The notes: a model not told the origin generated them from the sequence alone. A stretch of DNA of 46,612 bases, filler included, from Catajapyx aquilonaris (GCA_000934665.2; 2 parts of 2 records of this genome joined end to end with filler, not necessarily neighbours in it), one strand, 5' to 3'; positions 1 to 14,373 are shown, counted from the first letter of the whole stretch. Program-made: numbers and translations.

Positions 1-754
1 TTCTTACCCGCTAAAGTGGTACCTTGCTATTCTAGATTTCAAAACTGAACGGCATAGTGCAAAGCCCACTTCCTTATGGGTGTATAGGTACAGGCACTTC
101 AAGAAAAGTCACACCCATTCAGCTAAAAATGCCATTTTTCGGATGTTCATTTAAATGGACATTTTGTCTCAGGAAGAAAAGAAAATGACCAGTTCTCTAC
201 AGCAACAAAGATTGTCACAGAATCATCTTTTCTCAGTTCCTAAGACACATTCCTTGCGAGTCCCAGGACATTCACTGCATTGCGAAAATCGCATTCTAAA
301 TATGAGTAAAAAAATAAAACTTATCAGATGAGCGCCTAAGCTTCAGCAGCGGAATCCGCCATTTTGTCCGCGATTTAATTTTCGCGGCCCAAGCCAGATA
401 TTCGACGCTAGGTGGCTACAGCTATTGAGGCCAGATTGTAACCATGGGATACCAACAGATTACAGTTCTGTTGGCATCACTGGTTGGCGCCAAAAAAATC
501 TTTTGCTGATGTCGACATATGTCGACACCAGGTCTCAGGAGGATATACGTGCATGTTCCTTGCAAGTTTGCATCCGGATTTTTGGAAAGCAAGGACTTCA
601 GGTTAGGTATTTAGTTATTGTAGGCTATCCATAAATTCGAAAGAGTGATATTAACCATGCTTTAAAAAAAGGGTGAACGTAATTTAACTCCGCTTCAGTA
701 GCTTTTATCGCTTTTTCACTCCTCTTGAAGCTGTTTTTCAGTTGAGTAATAATT

Positions 755-1002
755 GAGGGGTCTCAGATCAAAGGCGGCTAAGTCCATTTTTGGGGGGTGT
801 AACACAAATACGTCCAGTAATAATGTATTTTAATGTCATTGGGTATATTGCACATTTGCGTATGTAGCTGAGCCGTGGCAACATATGGACGCGGAAAGTT
901 CCAAGATTGTACTGTATATACCAGTGAAAGTTAAGTAATCAGCAGTTTTTGCTCATTTTACGACCTTTTTTGGACTTAGCCGCCTTTGATCTGAGACCCC
1001 TA
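755..1002. mobile_element. MITE, Sola-like (about 31-bp TIRs, AATT target duplication)
   Basis: aggggtctcagatcaaaggcggctaagtcca (756-786) is the reverse complement of tggacttagccgcctttgatctgagacccct (971-1001); AATT at 751-754 and 1003-1006. Superfamily inferred from the 4-bp TSD and GAG start. Confidence 0.8.
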
Positions 1003-4000
1003 AATTATTTCACTCCATTGCATTGCATTGGATGGAATTTACACTATTTTGGGAGTAGTTTTGGATGGCCGCTAATCCCGTGCCACATCATTTTTGTTTG
1101 TATACACATGCTGAGAGTGATGTGTCGTAGGTATACAATAGCAATACGAGCCACATTGTCTTTTAGACTTTTTCTTATCATCGAAAAAAAAAAGTCTTAT
1201 AGAACGGCTCTGGCAGTCCGGCCGTCTGTGGACAGGTATCAGGGCCTCAACCGTAAAAGATAGCAACAAACAGTTTTCATATTCGGATTAAGCGTGACCA
1301 AAATGGGCGACGTGGTCAACTTCCGGTGACCCGTCACTTCCGGTTTTCCTGGTTCACTCTATCCGCACAAGTCTAGGCTTGAAAGAATGAGAAAAAGTTT
1401 ATTCTAATCACGCTCACGTGATTTGCCAATCTTGTTTTATCCAGTCAAATGTTTGACGCAAAGATAGCTTGCTCTTGCTTCTGGAAAGACGGTGTAGTAG
1501 GTGCTATATGATGAGTTGCATTGATATGGAAGTCAACATCAACACTGGACTACTGTTTACTTCATTGTTTCTGGCAGTAAAAATGCTTCAAAGGTGTTCA
1601 GTGAAAAAATGACAGGCAAGTAGCAAGAACGCATGTTGTCGATTGTACTATAGAGATATGACCTTAATGACTAATCGCCATTCCAGCTCACTTCCCACCA
1701 CTAGTCGAACTTACATGCTGTAATGTAGCCTACACCGTGACATTGGATGTCAACTCGGAAGAAAGAATGGCGCACCCGTGTGCGTTTCTGGTATGTCCCA
1801 CGAAGATTTCTTCCTCCTATAGGAGAAATAGAGTTTATAGTGGTGTCATTTTACGGGATGGTTGCAAATATTATTTCATATTTTGTAGCATCCAAGGCTT
1901 TACGTGGCCCAGGAAGAGTGCATGGCCCAGGACACACCCATCTAAAAAATGAAAAATACAAAATAAATTAATAAAAGAGAGAGAAAAGCAAATTAGCCGG
2001 TAGTAGGCTACAGCACATGTGACTGCATTTTATTGATTGACAATGTGTACAGCTACAACATGCTCTGAACTGAATAAAACATGCCGCCATCAGTGACAAT
2101 TTTCCTGAGCTTTAGCCCTGTTTCACGTCGACTCTGGCCACTGTGTGACACTGAAGCAAATGTTTCCATTGGTTCCAGGATACAACATGGCCTACGATTG
2201 ACGGTCCTATTGGCTATTTAGAGAGTAACGATCAATCCGTTAATCCTAATTAGTTGTCAAGCGTCATTTCCTGTAATGAATACTTTTGAACATGAAATTT
2301 TGATCCTGAATATGGCCTGGAAAGGTGCGAGGGTTTCTGTCATAAATGACAGCCATTTCCTTGGATGGAAAACGCCAATGATACACGGATTTCTACCTGG
2401 GATTCAGTCATGCAAGAGTAAGCTATACTATAGCTATAGGCATACTGAATGAAATATTCTTAACAGCTACTCTGCCATCCTATCGAAATCAGTAAGATCG
2501 TGTATTTATATTTTCAGTTGTCTGGTAAGCGTGCCCTTATCGGCGTGTGCAGATATGGCTTTTTCGGTAGAACTGTAAAATTGTAATAAAATGGCCGTCA
2601 GCAGATCTAATGAAATAAAATTGGCAACGGTCTGTTTGACCAGAATACAAGGTAGTCTAATTGAAGTGTCCGTTTTAATTAGCGATTTTTTTGACACTAA
2701 GGGGTTTTAATCAGTTATTTTAAAGTTATCAAAAGTATTAGACTTCTACGATTGGGTTTAGGACACATCTTTTTTAACGCCTGGAATGGAGTCTGGCCTG
2801 CGAAAAAAAATTGTGTCATCATTGACTTTTGATGCCAATTGTCCCAATGAGCCATTATTATCAATCTAAAATTAATTTCTATTCAGAGCTTGGATAGATG
2901 ATTCAGTTCGGCCTATTATCAGCAGATTATACTTTCATAAACACGAAATGTAACTACTCAAATGTAACCGCTTAAAATAAGCAACCTATATAGTGTCAAA
3001 AATGCTAATTACAACAGTCACTTCAGTTGAAACACTACAAGTAGGCCAATATTCTAGTTTTCTTGCCATGTTATGTTGACGCCTTTAGCAAAGCAGCTTT
3101 GTTAACCAAATAAGCCAGAAAAATAGCACAGGCATGAGCTTCATCAGATCATGTTCTGCTATCTATCAAAATAATTGCGCCGTATTGCTCAATAATTCAT
3201 TCTCCCATGTATAACTTACTGTGTATATGTCAAAAATCTCTCTCCATCAGCAGCTCAGTTAAATGATCGATAATTTTATCCTACTTTTTAGACCTACTTT
3301 CTTGATTTTGTAATGAAACTGCAGTAGTTTGCTATACAGGGTACCCTACGTATACTACTATCAATCAATCATTTTAACTCTTCTTCCATTTCTTTATAAT
3401 TCGCTTCATTTTTTCCGGATGAAATAATCGGATAATAGACCTATTCGTTAGTGTGCTGTGAAATAGTTCGTTATGCATATTTTTATGACCAATGCTGCTG
3501 GATCGGCGTCCCTATTAAATAAATAACGAACGCCAAGACCTATAAACTGATGAACTGTAAGGGCCACGGGTATACTGCAATATCATTTAAAAATTCCAAT
3601 TGGACAATAATTCTATAAGTTAGGCCATTATATCGCGCACTGTGCAAGTGGATAGCTTACATCCAAATATCGATTATGAACTTGATGTGTAGAACTCAAT
3701 TTGAATATCAGTAGAAATTACATATTCGGCCATAACCTAACCTTTTCAGTGTCCTCATGGCCATTAGGTGATGGCCTATAACGTCTAATCACGCAATTAT
3801 AATTACACATGCAGTGTGGCCTTGTGAAAAAGTGAGGAAGTAGTATTTCTTCGCTAACGTTTTCTGTCACGTTCGTTTGATAAATAACTTAAGTTGAGGC
3901 TATCGACGGAAAGAACATGTAATATTTATGAGCATGCACGACATAAACCCAGACAGAGCGTGCAGCATTAGTACTTGGAAGAGATCAAACACCAGGTCCG

Positions 4001-4959
4001 TTTTGTTACACTTTTTTATGTAGAAAACCTTGGTGCAATATTTTCGCCACTTGTAAACATTCTTATAGTAATGGTGGACACTATCACATCAGTAAACTAT
4101 ACAACAATAATAAAGCGGATAAAATCTCAACAACAAGTATTAAACCATAAATAATTTGACTTCTGTTTGCTGTACCCTTGTCGACTCATGTAGGCTATAT
4201 CCCTAATCTAATAGCATATAGGTTCTAATACGTATGTCTGCAAGTGCCTCAAAAATAACGCATCTAAGGTATTTCTCAGTGGATCCAACTTTGAGTAAAT
4301 GACACTGTTTTACTGTCAAGTAATTGCATAATTGCATATGTGAGCCACTGTAGTGGCGCTCTGCTGTGTAATATGTGCACCAGAGCAATTAATAATAGTA
4401 TACGGTACTCGCATAATGATGCAAAACTAAGCTATCAGTTGTCCTATATTGTATGTCCCACGCAGTAAACGTCGAGTGTGAAATTGCGCAAATGTGAACG
4501 ACTAACCGTCTGCTTCTTGGCTGCTGGGGTAAAAATAAATAGCTAAGTAAACCACAGTAGCATGAAGTAATATTGACGCCTCACTTGGATCCACAACTGT
4601 TAAGTGATATTAGGAGTAAAAAATGAATATTAACGTTTATTATACATCCAGATAGCGTCCAAAAAATCCGATCTAAACATACGGCTCATGCTTGCTGCAA
4701 AACAATGTCAATACAATACACACTTGAAAAATTTGCATACTGCTTCTTGCACTTCGGTTCCTGCGATGTTCTAAGACAAAATTACACTACTGATACTTAA
4801 TTTTTGAAAGTGGTCTCATTCATTATGGAGATAATCGCATCGTAAGTCCTACAGACCTACACGATGGTAAGCATCTGGTAAGAGAGTTCATCCTGCGGGC
4901 CAGGCTACCCACGGGAAATAATGGTTGGGAGGGTCGCCTGACACACAGGATGACCATAA

Positions 4960-4963
4960 TAAC

Positions 4964-5024
<61 letters not shown>

Positions 5025-5342
5025 GATTGGGTATTCGGCTAGCCCCAAAGGGGCCTTCTGCCAGACCTTTATTTAGATGGTGTACAATTTTTGGGAATCC
5101 TATTTTTGAAGCGCCCGGGCCCACGGGCAGGATGACAGGAGGGGATGTGCAAAGTGCAGTGAATCTGACGCTGTGGCGATTTTTAGTGAACTCCCCCGGG
5201 TGGTTTAGTCTGTAGGAAATACCACCCGAGACGAAGCCAGAGGTGACCCTGAACTCTGCACCCCGTCCCCGGGCTGGGATCGAACCCGGGACCTTAACAT
5301 CCGTGGGCGCGCACGTTACCGCGACGCCACTCCGTCTCCCCT
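4960..5342 (-). mobile_element. Full-length tRNA-derived SINE (family A) with (ATT)n tail
   Basis: Minus-strand A box TGGCGTCGCGGT and B box GGTTCGATCCC; tail seen as (AAT)n at ~4960-5023; 16-bp TSD cacaggatgaccataa at 4944-4959 and 5343-5358. Confidence 0.92.
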
Positions 5343-8300
5343 CACAGGATGACCATAACCCCCAATGATTATGCGATTTATACCTATACCAATGCAATGT
5401 AAAGAAACGAAACCTAAGATGCAATTATTTCCGTAATGAAGCCTAGGAAGGCAAAATTAACTATTTAATAAATTCATTTCGTCCTGGAACATCACGCGGA
5501 ACATAAGTCGGAAGAGGAACGAACTAACGTGTATATGCAAATACACCATCCTGATGGTAAATACCCAGTAGGCCTACAGTATTAGCAAGCATTCCAGATG
5601 CAATTTTTCACGTGTATTTGTCGTTCATATATTTCACGTAAAGTCATGACCCATGAATGTAAGAAAGTTTTATCAGCAGGCTCCAGCTATGGACACGCCA
5701 TGTCTTATACCGTGGTAATGAAAAACTTATGTTATCTGCAGTTTTTTCATTGATCTATAATTTTTTTTTGAACAATATGCACCATCTGTCTTCCAAATGG
5801 TATAATTATTTTGACTTTTTTCACCTGAATGTTTATATCGGACCACACCCACGTTACTCTTCACTCCCCGCAATAGTTTATTTCGATCTCACTCCAACTA
5901 TTTTTACTCCCAATTTGTAGTTTAAGAGATAAGGGTATTAAAATAGCCAGTTTACAAATAATTCCAATAAAGCCATGCTTAATTCCATTGGCCAATCTCA
6001 ATCCTTTTTTCACACGAAAGGTGGCGTGTTCGACCCCAATTTGACATGTCCCAGGCCCATCCTCCAAGCAGTGCAGTGCCATGATTCTGTCGCAATGGCA
6101 AGTGTGAAAAACCTCCGCATATCTCTATCTGGACTCCGTAATAAAAATCATTGCTGCCTTCATTATGGCCCCGTCATTTAAGCCCCGGTGATATTTTGGG
6201 CTCAAAAATAGTTTATTAGGTTGGGAACAGCGAGTGAAGCTCACACATGTTCATTTCCTTGCAATTGATCTTCCTTGGTAGGCTATATCAGTGTTCTGCT
6301 TCGTGCCAGGCAGTTTCGCATCATGCCTCCGTCATTCTATTTGGCTGAAACAATCCGATATTTTCTCTGGCCGACTGTCCCATTGCGACCCAGGAAGAAG
6401 ATGAGGAAAAAAAAAATCTTGAGTTTTTTTTACCACATCGATCCCAGATACTCCGACGAAGACATTTATGTCTGTTCTTCCGTTGTTCTTACGACACAAT
6501 TTCATTCCGTGCGGAAGCGTGCTGTAATCTGTTGATTTCATCTAAATGTCACAGTAATTCCTGTACGTTTCAAAATGTCATAACTCACTACGGGACAGCA
6601 GCATAAAGAAAAGTGACGGCAGGATTCGAAATATTGAGCCCGCAATGTAATGTAGCGAGCCAGTCAAAATAAATGCTGCTGATTGGTTCTAGCAACGATA
6701 TTTGGTTTGGCCGTGACGTCAGAGTAGTAGGTCCAATAGCTTAGATAATAATCAGTATAAATGACGGATATACCGGACTAGCGGAGTAAGGACCGAATCA
6801 ATACTATTGTTAGCATTGTGAGCCATGACAGGTTACTATAAGTGTACAATATTTCATACTGCTCGAACACCACAAACATAGAAATCATCTGAACCATATT
6901 TTGTGACTCATACTCATGCTATAGTGTCCCGAGGTCTTACCTTGATTACTCTGAAATATACATAATATTGAGCCTATCTGATGCTTCATGCTTCGTGCCT
7001 CGGTCAGCCCGGCAATTAAACGGCGGCAGTTAGCTGAAAGCCCCACCTCCTTCACCCCCGGCACTCGACCCGGTATCATTCACGTCTGCCCCTCACGACC
7101 TCCGCAACATGTCCCTTCTCCTAATTCCCTCTTGTAATTAATTACATTTCCAAAATAACATAAAAAACAATACCATCGTTTGTAATTCCTAGATTTCGAC
7201 ACGAATATGTGAAATATCTAAGATAAGACATAGATAAGCCGTGAGCTCTCTATGGATTAAATTGATTAAGCATATGTGGATATTACATGTTTGTAGTAGT
7301 AAGTGGCGTGTTTTATCCAAATACATGCCGAAAGTGTGGTTGGAATATTACTAATGAGTCTGCCCCCCACTTACGTTATCGTGTACAGTGTTATTATAGA
7401 TTTATATGACTGTATGATCCAGAAAACCACTTGGAGTTATACATTCTTTCTGTCCATACATAAACCATGTAATGTCTGATAATTTTCTTTTTGTTGATTA
7501 CTGCCTGACAGAAGATGTATGCTAATGAAGCCTGTAAGATATTCGTAGTACTTGATATGATAACACCATTCATATTTCACTGCCTTGGGCTGGATGAAGT
7601 AATATTTTTCCAGGCTCTGCGAGGGCAAAAGCCAGTATTGATATTCAATTCCTAGTGGAAAAAAAAAGGATGCGTAAAGGAAAATAATTTTTGTTGGGTT
7701 TCAAGAAAAGGAACCCCCTCTATGTAGCTGATGCTATGCAAACGCTCAAAATAAATAACCGTTTCTTCTCATCCGCCTACACTCCAATAAAAAGTCTAGA
7801 AACTAATTTCAAAGGAAAAGACACAACAGAAATGTCGAATCAATGAAACCTTGCTTTTAAAAACCGTATAATTTGTACCATGAAACCCACATTTGTTTAC
7901 TTTTCTAGCGACTCAAAAGCAACAGAGCAAAATGTGGCACAATAATCATTTCGACTGTAGCTGCTATTTGATGTAGTATACTTTGTTTTCAATACAAAGT
8001 TACGAAATTGAGGTTGAGACATGTAGGCCTTTTATGGTGACGAGTGTGTAATGTATTCCATAAAGTTGTTTGTACCGACCGGTAGTTGTATGAGTTGGGC
8101 ACGTCAGGTATTAAAATGCATACCATGTGTGCGCCGGATTACTGAAACATACTTTTAGTATTAAATAAACAGAACATTTTGTATATCTGTGAGCAACCCT
8201 TTGAAGGTTTTAGACCCCCCCCTCCCCCCACCCGAAGCATGCAGTTTCGCCTCCATCGGATGTGAAAAACTGTGGCCCTTTTAGGCTTATTAGATTAGCG

Positions 8301-10166
8301 ATTCAATTACAGCATATTAAAAAACTAACTGCTGACATCAGACTACTATCCTTTGAAATACTTTGGTTTTTATGTAACAAGTGTTGTTACAGTAGTTTGC
8401 ATTCTTTTCCACTTCCATTTACAACTTCCGAGAGTGTTCTGAAGCATCCAACTGGTATAATTGCAGCCCTTGCACATGTTTGGAACTCAAATCGTTGTAT
8501 GTGTACACTTCGATACCGGCCAATATTGCCGCGGATTTTCTCTCGCTATAATAATTCTATTGCATAAAAATGAAAAAAAGAAGCCCGCGAAACCGTTCTT
8601 AAAAAGTCACATTGACAAATAAATAAAAATTAGAAATAGAGTTTACCTTTGGCGTTCAAAAGCGGATCCATCCTAGCGACGAGAGAACGAACGAAACGTC
8701 TTCCTTCGGCAACCCCTGGCTCTCGACTGTTGCTCTTACAGCACTTTACTACTGTAACCTCGTGCTATGAACGTAGCGACGGCAATCAATAATCATCACG
8801 CTCTTTCCGTTCCTTCCATATTATGCATGCGTGTGTAACATAAAATTTTCCACTGATAGTGCGTTGGATACCACAAAACAATATAGTTAATAGCCTATTT
8901 ACTGCATATGGTTTGTTTCCTGTGCAAGATCATGATATATGGATTGTTTTTAAGTGCTGCTTCTAGTTAGGTGGTGTGAAGGCAAGATTTTTAGCTGGAA
9001 ATTCACGCGCTCTAACTGTTGGTGAAACTAATTATAAACTTGGGCGATTCATCAGCATAAATAACATCAAGAGGTGTGATTCCAGAAGTTAAAATTGGTT
9101 TCCTAAGGGGGCGAAATGGTGCAAGGTCCTGACTTATTTTAATGCGGGAGAGTATGACACTCTTAATACCACTGTAATAAGAAAATATTCGCATAGTGTA
9201 ATTATTAATCGATTACCCTTTGAGAACAAGTACTGTACATTTTGGGAGGATGAAAGAGTCATATAACACTACAAAATTAAGATTATGTGAACAGTTTGGA
9301 ATGGTGGGGAGCCCTCTTGGAAGTGAGACAGTTGCTCTTTCCCTAGGGGGCCTGATCAAAACACCCTAATTCCTAAATATGGAAGATGAGTCCTGAACTC
9401 GGCAATAATCAGGAATTAATGAGCCTGCTGGGAGTTATAGAGCAGCTTCAAAATTATAATTTTTGCAAATAATTTCAGTTATAGTAAGCGGATTATGCTG
9501 TAAGCCGAGTTTGACAACTTGTCATGAGTCTTGCGGCACAGAAATAAGGCAGACTCTGCTAGTGTGGTTGGGTTTAAAAACGATTCATGATGGCTAATGA
9601 GGCTCTCCCTTGAAATTCGTACTGCACCCTACCGAGACAAAGCCGACATTTAAGATTCGCTTTCATATTAACTGGAATCGGTCCAACACATTTTTGGAAG
9701 CCAATATATATGTACCCTTGCTAGTCGGTCTGGAAAAAAAGCGAACTTGGACTTGCTTGTAAGCAGGGTGAGCCATAACTCCAGGTCAGACACTCTCCAG
9801 CCTCCAGGGTATTACGTATAGTTGGCCAAAAGAAGTATAAAATGTACGAACCGTGAGAATATCCGAAAACCCAACAGTTAACGACATGTCGTTAACTGTT
9901 GTGCACAGACGAAGATGAATGAAACGCATCATGGATGAGATTTGGTATATATAGGGGAGTGTGCCTTCGAATGCTTTTATAGTATTTGGTGGTATAGGCT
10001 ACTTGGGTACTGTACAAGAGTACCGCTGTGACGCAGGAGAGTCCTCGATATCCACCTATGCGAATATGAGCTGAAATACATTCAGAAATGGAAATGTTCG
10101 ACTTTTTATAAATTTTAGAGCGGAGAATACTTGACTTGAATATTTTGCACTGCCATGGTAAGTATA

Positions 10167-10871
10167 CATCGAAAAAGAATGTCCCAATTTTAAACCCTAT
10201 AACTCGAAAACTTGCAGGCATATCTTAATGATTGAAGTTTTGAAATGCTAAGAAATGTCTAAAGCTTTGGTCTCACATTTGTTTGTTTCGATATGAATTC
10301 CATTTGTCGCTCAGCAAATAAAAAAAAGACCATAATCGGTCTCGACCCAAACCCGCTCAACGATATCGGGAGTTACAGTTGTGATCCTATATCCCGTGGA
10401 TGCTGGAGATGATGGGTCTTTACACCACACACGTTGTTCTTAATGATGCACATAAAAAGTCTCCTCATGCATGAAATAATCCTGCGGTAGGATAGTTTCG
10501 TTTGTTCAGCTCCCCAGTGTGCGAAGTCTCGAATACAAAGTTTCCCAATGCCTAGCACCCCCAGAAGCCCAGCTCTTACCCCAATGGACTTTTTTGTGGA
10601 GATACATGTATGGTAAAAATATCCGGAATTTCCAGGACCTATGGGAGAGGATCACAATGGTGACTTCAGACATGTCTGACTGGGTTAGGCACTAACCAAT
10701 TACAGTATTTACATTTTCGAGCGACAAATGGAGCTCATATCGAAACAAACTTGGGTGAGACCAACTCTTAAGACATTTCATAGCATTTCAAAACTTAAAT
10801 AATTTAGATATGTCTACAAGTTTTCAAGTTACAGGGTTTTAAAATTGGGATATTCTTTTTCGACGACCCTG
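10167..10871. mobile_element. Tc1/mariner-derived foldback element; both arms resemble the transposase 3' end plus right TIR
   Basis: Long diverged inverted arms; PRSPALTPMDFF remnant (WPPRSPDLTPxDFFLWG motif) at ~10560-10595; ends ACCCTG followed by TA. Confidence 0.8.
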
Positions 10872-11029
10872 TATTTGGGGCAGGCCGGGCAGCCATTTAA
10901 ATTTAAATTAATGAAATATTTAATACGCAATTGTAAGCTTGTGTAACTATAGGCAGAATAAGATGTTTTATTTAACAGACTAACATTGATTTTAGAGGAA
11001 TACAATAGATGCTACTATAAGATGATTCG

Positions 11030-11378
<349 letters not shown>

Positions 11379-12405
11379 GATGATTCGCACAATATTATTT
11401 GCGATTAGATTTGTACTTGTATAGGCCTACTGTATACGGTCTATACCGTATATACTATTATTTTAGAGACTGGCAAGTGTTTAAGTCCTGACTTCCCTAG
11501 GACATCCCCTCTGACTCTAAAGGGTAACTCAGGCTGTGGTCATCGAGGTCCTAGTATGATACAAAAATAAATACACTGGTTGCACACAAGCTGTTTTTTT
11601 ATTATCACTAGCCTCGACTGAGGCTGCCACACGACTATTACAAAGCTCAAAGCCTCACTCCGCTTCGCTCGTCAAATCGCTCACATGTAAACGCAGCTTT
11701 ATAATGATAATAACAATAACAATAAAAAATAAATACATAAATAAAAATGAAACACATCAGCCACAAAAGTAGCTCACAGCACGGTGCGCAAGGCAAGGCG
11801 TCAATTATTCTCTGTGCACACGTGACAATTCCACAGAAATCACAAGCTGCACAAAAATGGAGATAGCAAAATCACAAAATAGAAACACCAAAATTAATGT
11901 AATGTAAAATGTCACACACACTTAATCCAAGTTGCCTGGAGGTAAACTAAATCACCCTAGTAAAAAAAAAAAGTCTAAATACCGCGGAAATCCAGCACAT
12001 GTGTACTCACACAGAAACAGCCGCATTAGTGCCGTCCTTGGTAAGGCCATGGCGACTATTGAGAACGTCTGATCCCGCCAGCACCCACGAGTGCCACCCA
12101 TATGCAACCAATTAATCCATCTGCAACTACAGGTAGCTCGACTTAAACTTCCCGTCTCTTCCACGTTCATAAGGGCCCTGGAGATCAAAACTGATCGAAC
12201 AAAAGCAGTGCGTCATCGTCTTAGGCTGCTGACTACCGACACAGACAACACAGACCTGTCTGTATTGGTGGTCAGCCTTATAATTAAAAAATAAAATAAA
12301 ACCCTAGGTAAAATCACTAATGATCAACTAATTATCCCAATTACGTTTTTCAAGTAACATGCTCCTTCATCGCATATGTCTGGTCCGCGGATACAATTGA
12401 CCTAA

Positions 12406-12689
12406 TGACCTTACTGGCGTGCGGGAGGGTAGTAGTCGGTGGGGGCAGTGGGCTGTGTCGCAAAGGCAAGGATAAAGGATAGGCGTGTATCCGCTGAAGA
12501 GAGGTCTGTATGGCTGAAGATATGTCTGTATCCGCAAGGAAGGAAGGTTAGGCTTGGTTAGGTTAGGTTAGGTTGGTACAGCATACCCCTTCCCAAAAAA
12601 TCAATATTTGCATCCTTGCCTTTGCGACACAGCCAAGCTGCCCCCTGCCACCACTCACCCTGCCGCCTCCCGAACGCCAGTAGGGGTTA
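12406..12689. mobile_element. Foldback/MITE with internal (TTAGG)-like repeats
   Basis: tactggcg...ggctgtgtcgcaaaggcaaggat is inverted at atccttgcctttgcgacacagcc...cgccagta; ggttaggttaggttagg at ~12556-12572. Confidence 0.7.
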
Positions 12690-13017
12690 CTCTTTCCAAA
12701 TTGTCAAAGGAGCAAGCAAAGGAGCCTTCTAAGACTTTCTTGGGAAAAAGAAGCGCCTGTGTGAATGGGCATTAACATATCTAGTATAGTCGGTAACAGT
12801 CGGTTCAGCGAATGTCCAGTGAGGGTCATTTCTGTACATTGCCATTGTCCTTTGAATGCCCATGCCTCATTTCGTGACATTAAAAATATACGAGTATAGT
12901 GTTAAATTTTAATGCATAGGGTGATTCAAAAATACTTGTCCTATTGCTGTTGCAATTTTTTGCACTAAGCTGTTTATTATTAAGCTGTTGATTTTGTAGT
13001 TACTTTTAGTGATATTA

Positions 13018-13157
13018 CAGTTGAATCCGAATATAACAGCCTCGGCCCGGTCCCGACATACTTCCATAAGGCCCTATGTATTTGGATATAACAGATCTCG
13101 GCTATAACAGACTGATTTCCGCGATCTCTTGAAGTCTGTTATATCCGGATTTAACTG
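13018..13157. mobile_element. pogo/Tigger-like MITE
   Basis: TA|CAGTTGAATCCGAATATAACAG ... CTGTTATATCCGGATTTAACTG|TA. Confidence 0.85.
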
Positions 13158-13309
13158 TATTAGCTGATAATATTAGGCTGAATTGAGTCACATATTCCAG
13201 CTCTGGCTTGCAACGAATTTTCGTTGGAACAATTATTGACATCAATGATAAAAACACATGGGATGGAATTTCCGTAGTACTACTAGTTAATTTGAACTTA
13301 GCAGTACCA

Positions 13310-13620
13310 ATAATCCCCTCTTAAACCTGGCGCCCGATCCCGGTGGAGCGAAGCAGCGCATGCGCTCTGCCTCCGCCATTTTGGTACGGCAAGGGCACTG
13401 CACCGCTCCCTTCCGATCCACCACAAAGTCCACATTTTCTCTCCCTCAAAGCCGTAAAAGTACTGCTCCCATCTGACTCCTACTCCGCCCACCCTAAGTA
13501 CATCGCAATTCCGATAATCCCAGGCCCCTTGGTGACTCGTGTGTCAGAACACCGGCAGGCCAAGGCAGTGTTCTATCGGCGTAGGAATACACCGTGTGTT
13601 GTTTTTTTTGCCCATATTTC
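13310..13620 (+). promoter_or_regulatory. l(2)gl: Probable lgl promoter (CpG-rich; NRF1/Ewg and YY1/Pho motifs)
   Basis: GC/CpG-rich island with GCGCATGCGC at 13356-13365 and CCGCCATTTT at 13373-13382, just upstream of the first strong donor. TSS not determinable. Confidence 0.6.
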
Positions 13621-13736
13621 TAGCGTTGGCGGCCGGGAGTGCAAAATAGTTTAGTTGACGTGAGTTGGCCAACACAGCCGGGTTAGTGGTTGCGATACTC
13701 CGCAGTGTTTTGTTGGCGATACACCGCCTAGAGCCG
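13600..13736 (+). other. l(2)gl: Probable non-coding first exon of lgl (start approximate)
   Basis: Strong donor CCG|GTAAGT at 13737 followed by a GT-rich intron start; downstream acceptor ttcctttcag at 14892. Confidence 0.6.
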
Positions 13737-13848
13737 GTAAGTTGTGTAGCATGGGGCTCGGGGTGGTTGAAGGGATTTTGGGCTGAGGGTCAGCGGCCCT
13801 GGGGTTCTTTTACGTGTGTGTTTGTTTTTTTGTTGTTTTTTTTTGTAG

Positions 13849-13875
13849 GTATATTCTGGATAGGTGGGAGGACAG
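13849..13875 (+). other. l(2)gl: Candidate 27-nt 5'UTR microexon
   Basis: Long T tract plus TAG acceptor ending 13848; donor CAG|GTAAGG at 13876. Confidence 0.4.
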
Positions 13876-13943
13876 GTAAGGCTAGGCCTGGAATTTGTGT
13901 TTGATATGTGTGTATGTTGGTTAAAATGCGACTCGACCCTATA

Positions 13944-14015
13944 GTCTCTGTAGTTCAGTGGCAGAACACGTGCTCAGAGCGAGCATGGACCTGGGTTCGA
14001 CTCCCAGCAGTGGCA
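13944..14015 (+). ncRNA. tRNA-like element (pseudo-tRNA or isolated SINE head)
   Basis: Acceptor stem GTCTCTG/CAGTGGC (6 of 7 pairs), D arm GTTC/GAAC, T arm CTGGG-TTCGACT-CCCAG; non-canonical anticodon arm; TTTT at 14022-14025. Confidence 0.6.
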
Positions 14016-14373
14016 CATGGGTTTTGAGCTTGCTCGATGGTTTCGTGGTGTGTTTGGTGGGGTGTTTGGTTGGCCATTGATATGTGTTGGTTGTCACGGG
14101 TGTACAGTACTAGTTGGGTTCTTGCAGTGTTTTGGGGGAGAATTTTGAAATTGGAATGTGTAATTGACAACTGGGAAATTTAGTGCAGGACCAAGCAAGT
14201 ATTAATGTTTCCAGCAGCCCACCAGTCTTAGAATAGTACTGACGTCAAAACTATTGTTTGTTACATTGTTGCATTTTGTGATGTCAGTGCGACTCGAAAT
14301 GAAAACAGGATGTTTGACCTACTAGTAGTCTTGTACAGAGGAATAACTTGTAGCAATGCAACATGTGGTTTTA

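Noticed and set aside
1..660. Possible TTAA-ending MITE with internal palindromes
   Set aside because: Only one putative end is visible in the window.
4888..5424. 178-aa and 96-aa ORFs with poly-L/poly-N
   Set aside because: They are read-through of a SINE and its (AAT)n tail.
11460..12330. LTR-like or retroelement-like segment
   Set aside because: No paired termini, TSD or protein motif could be confirmed.
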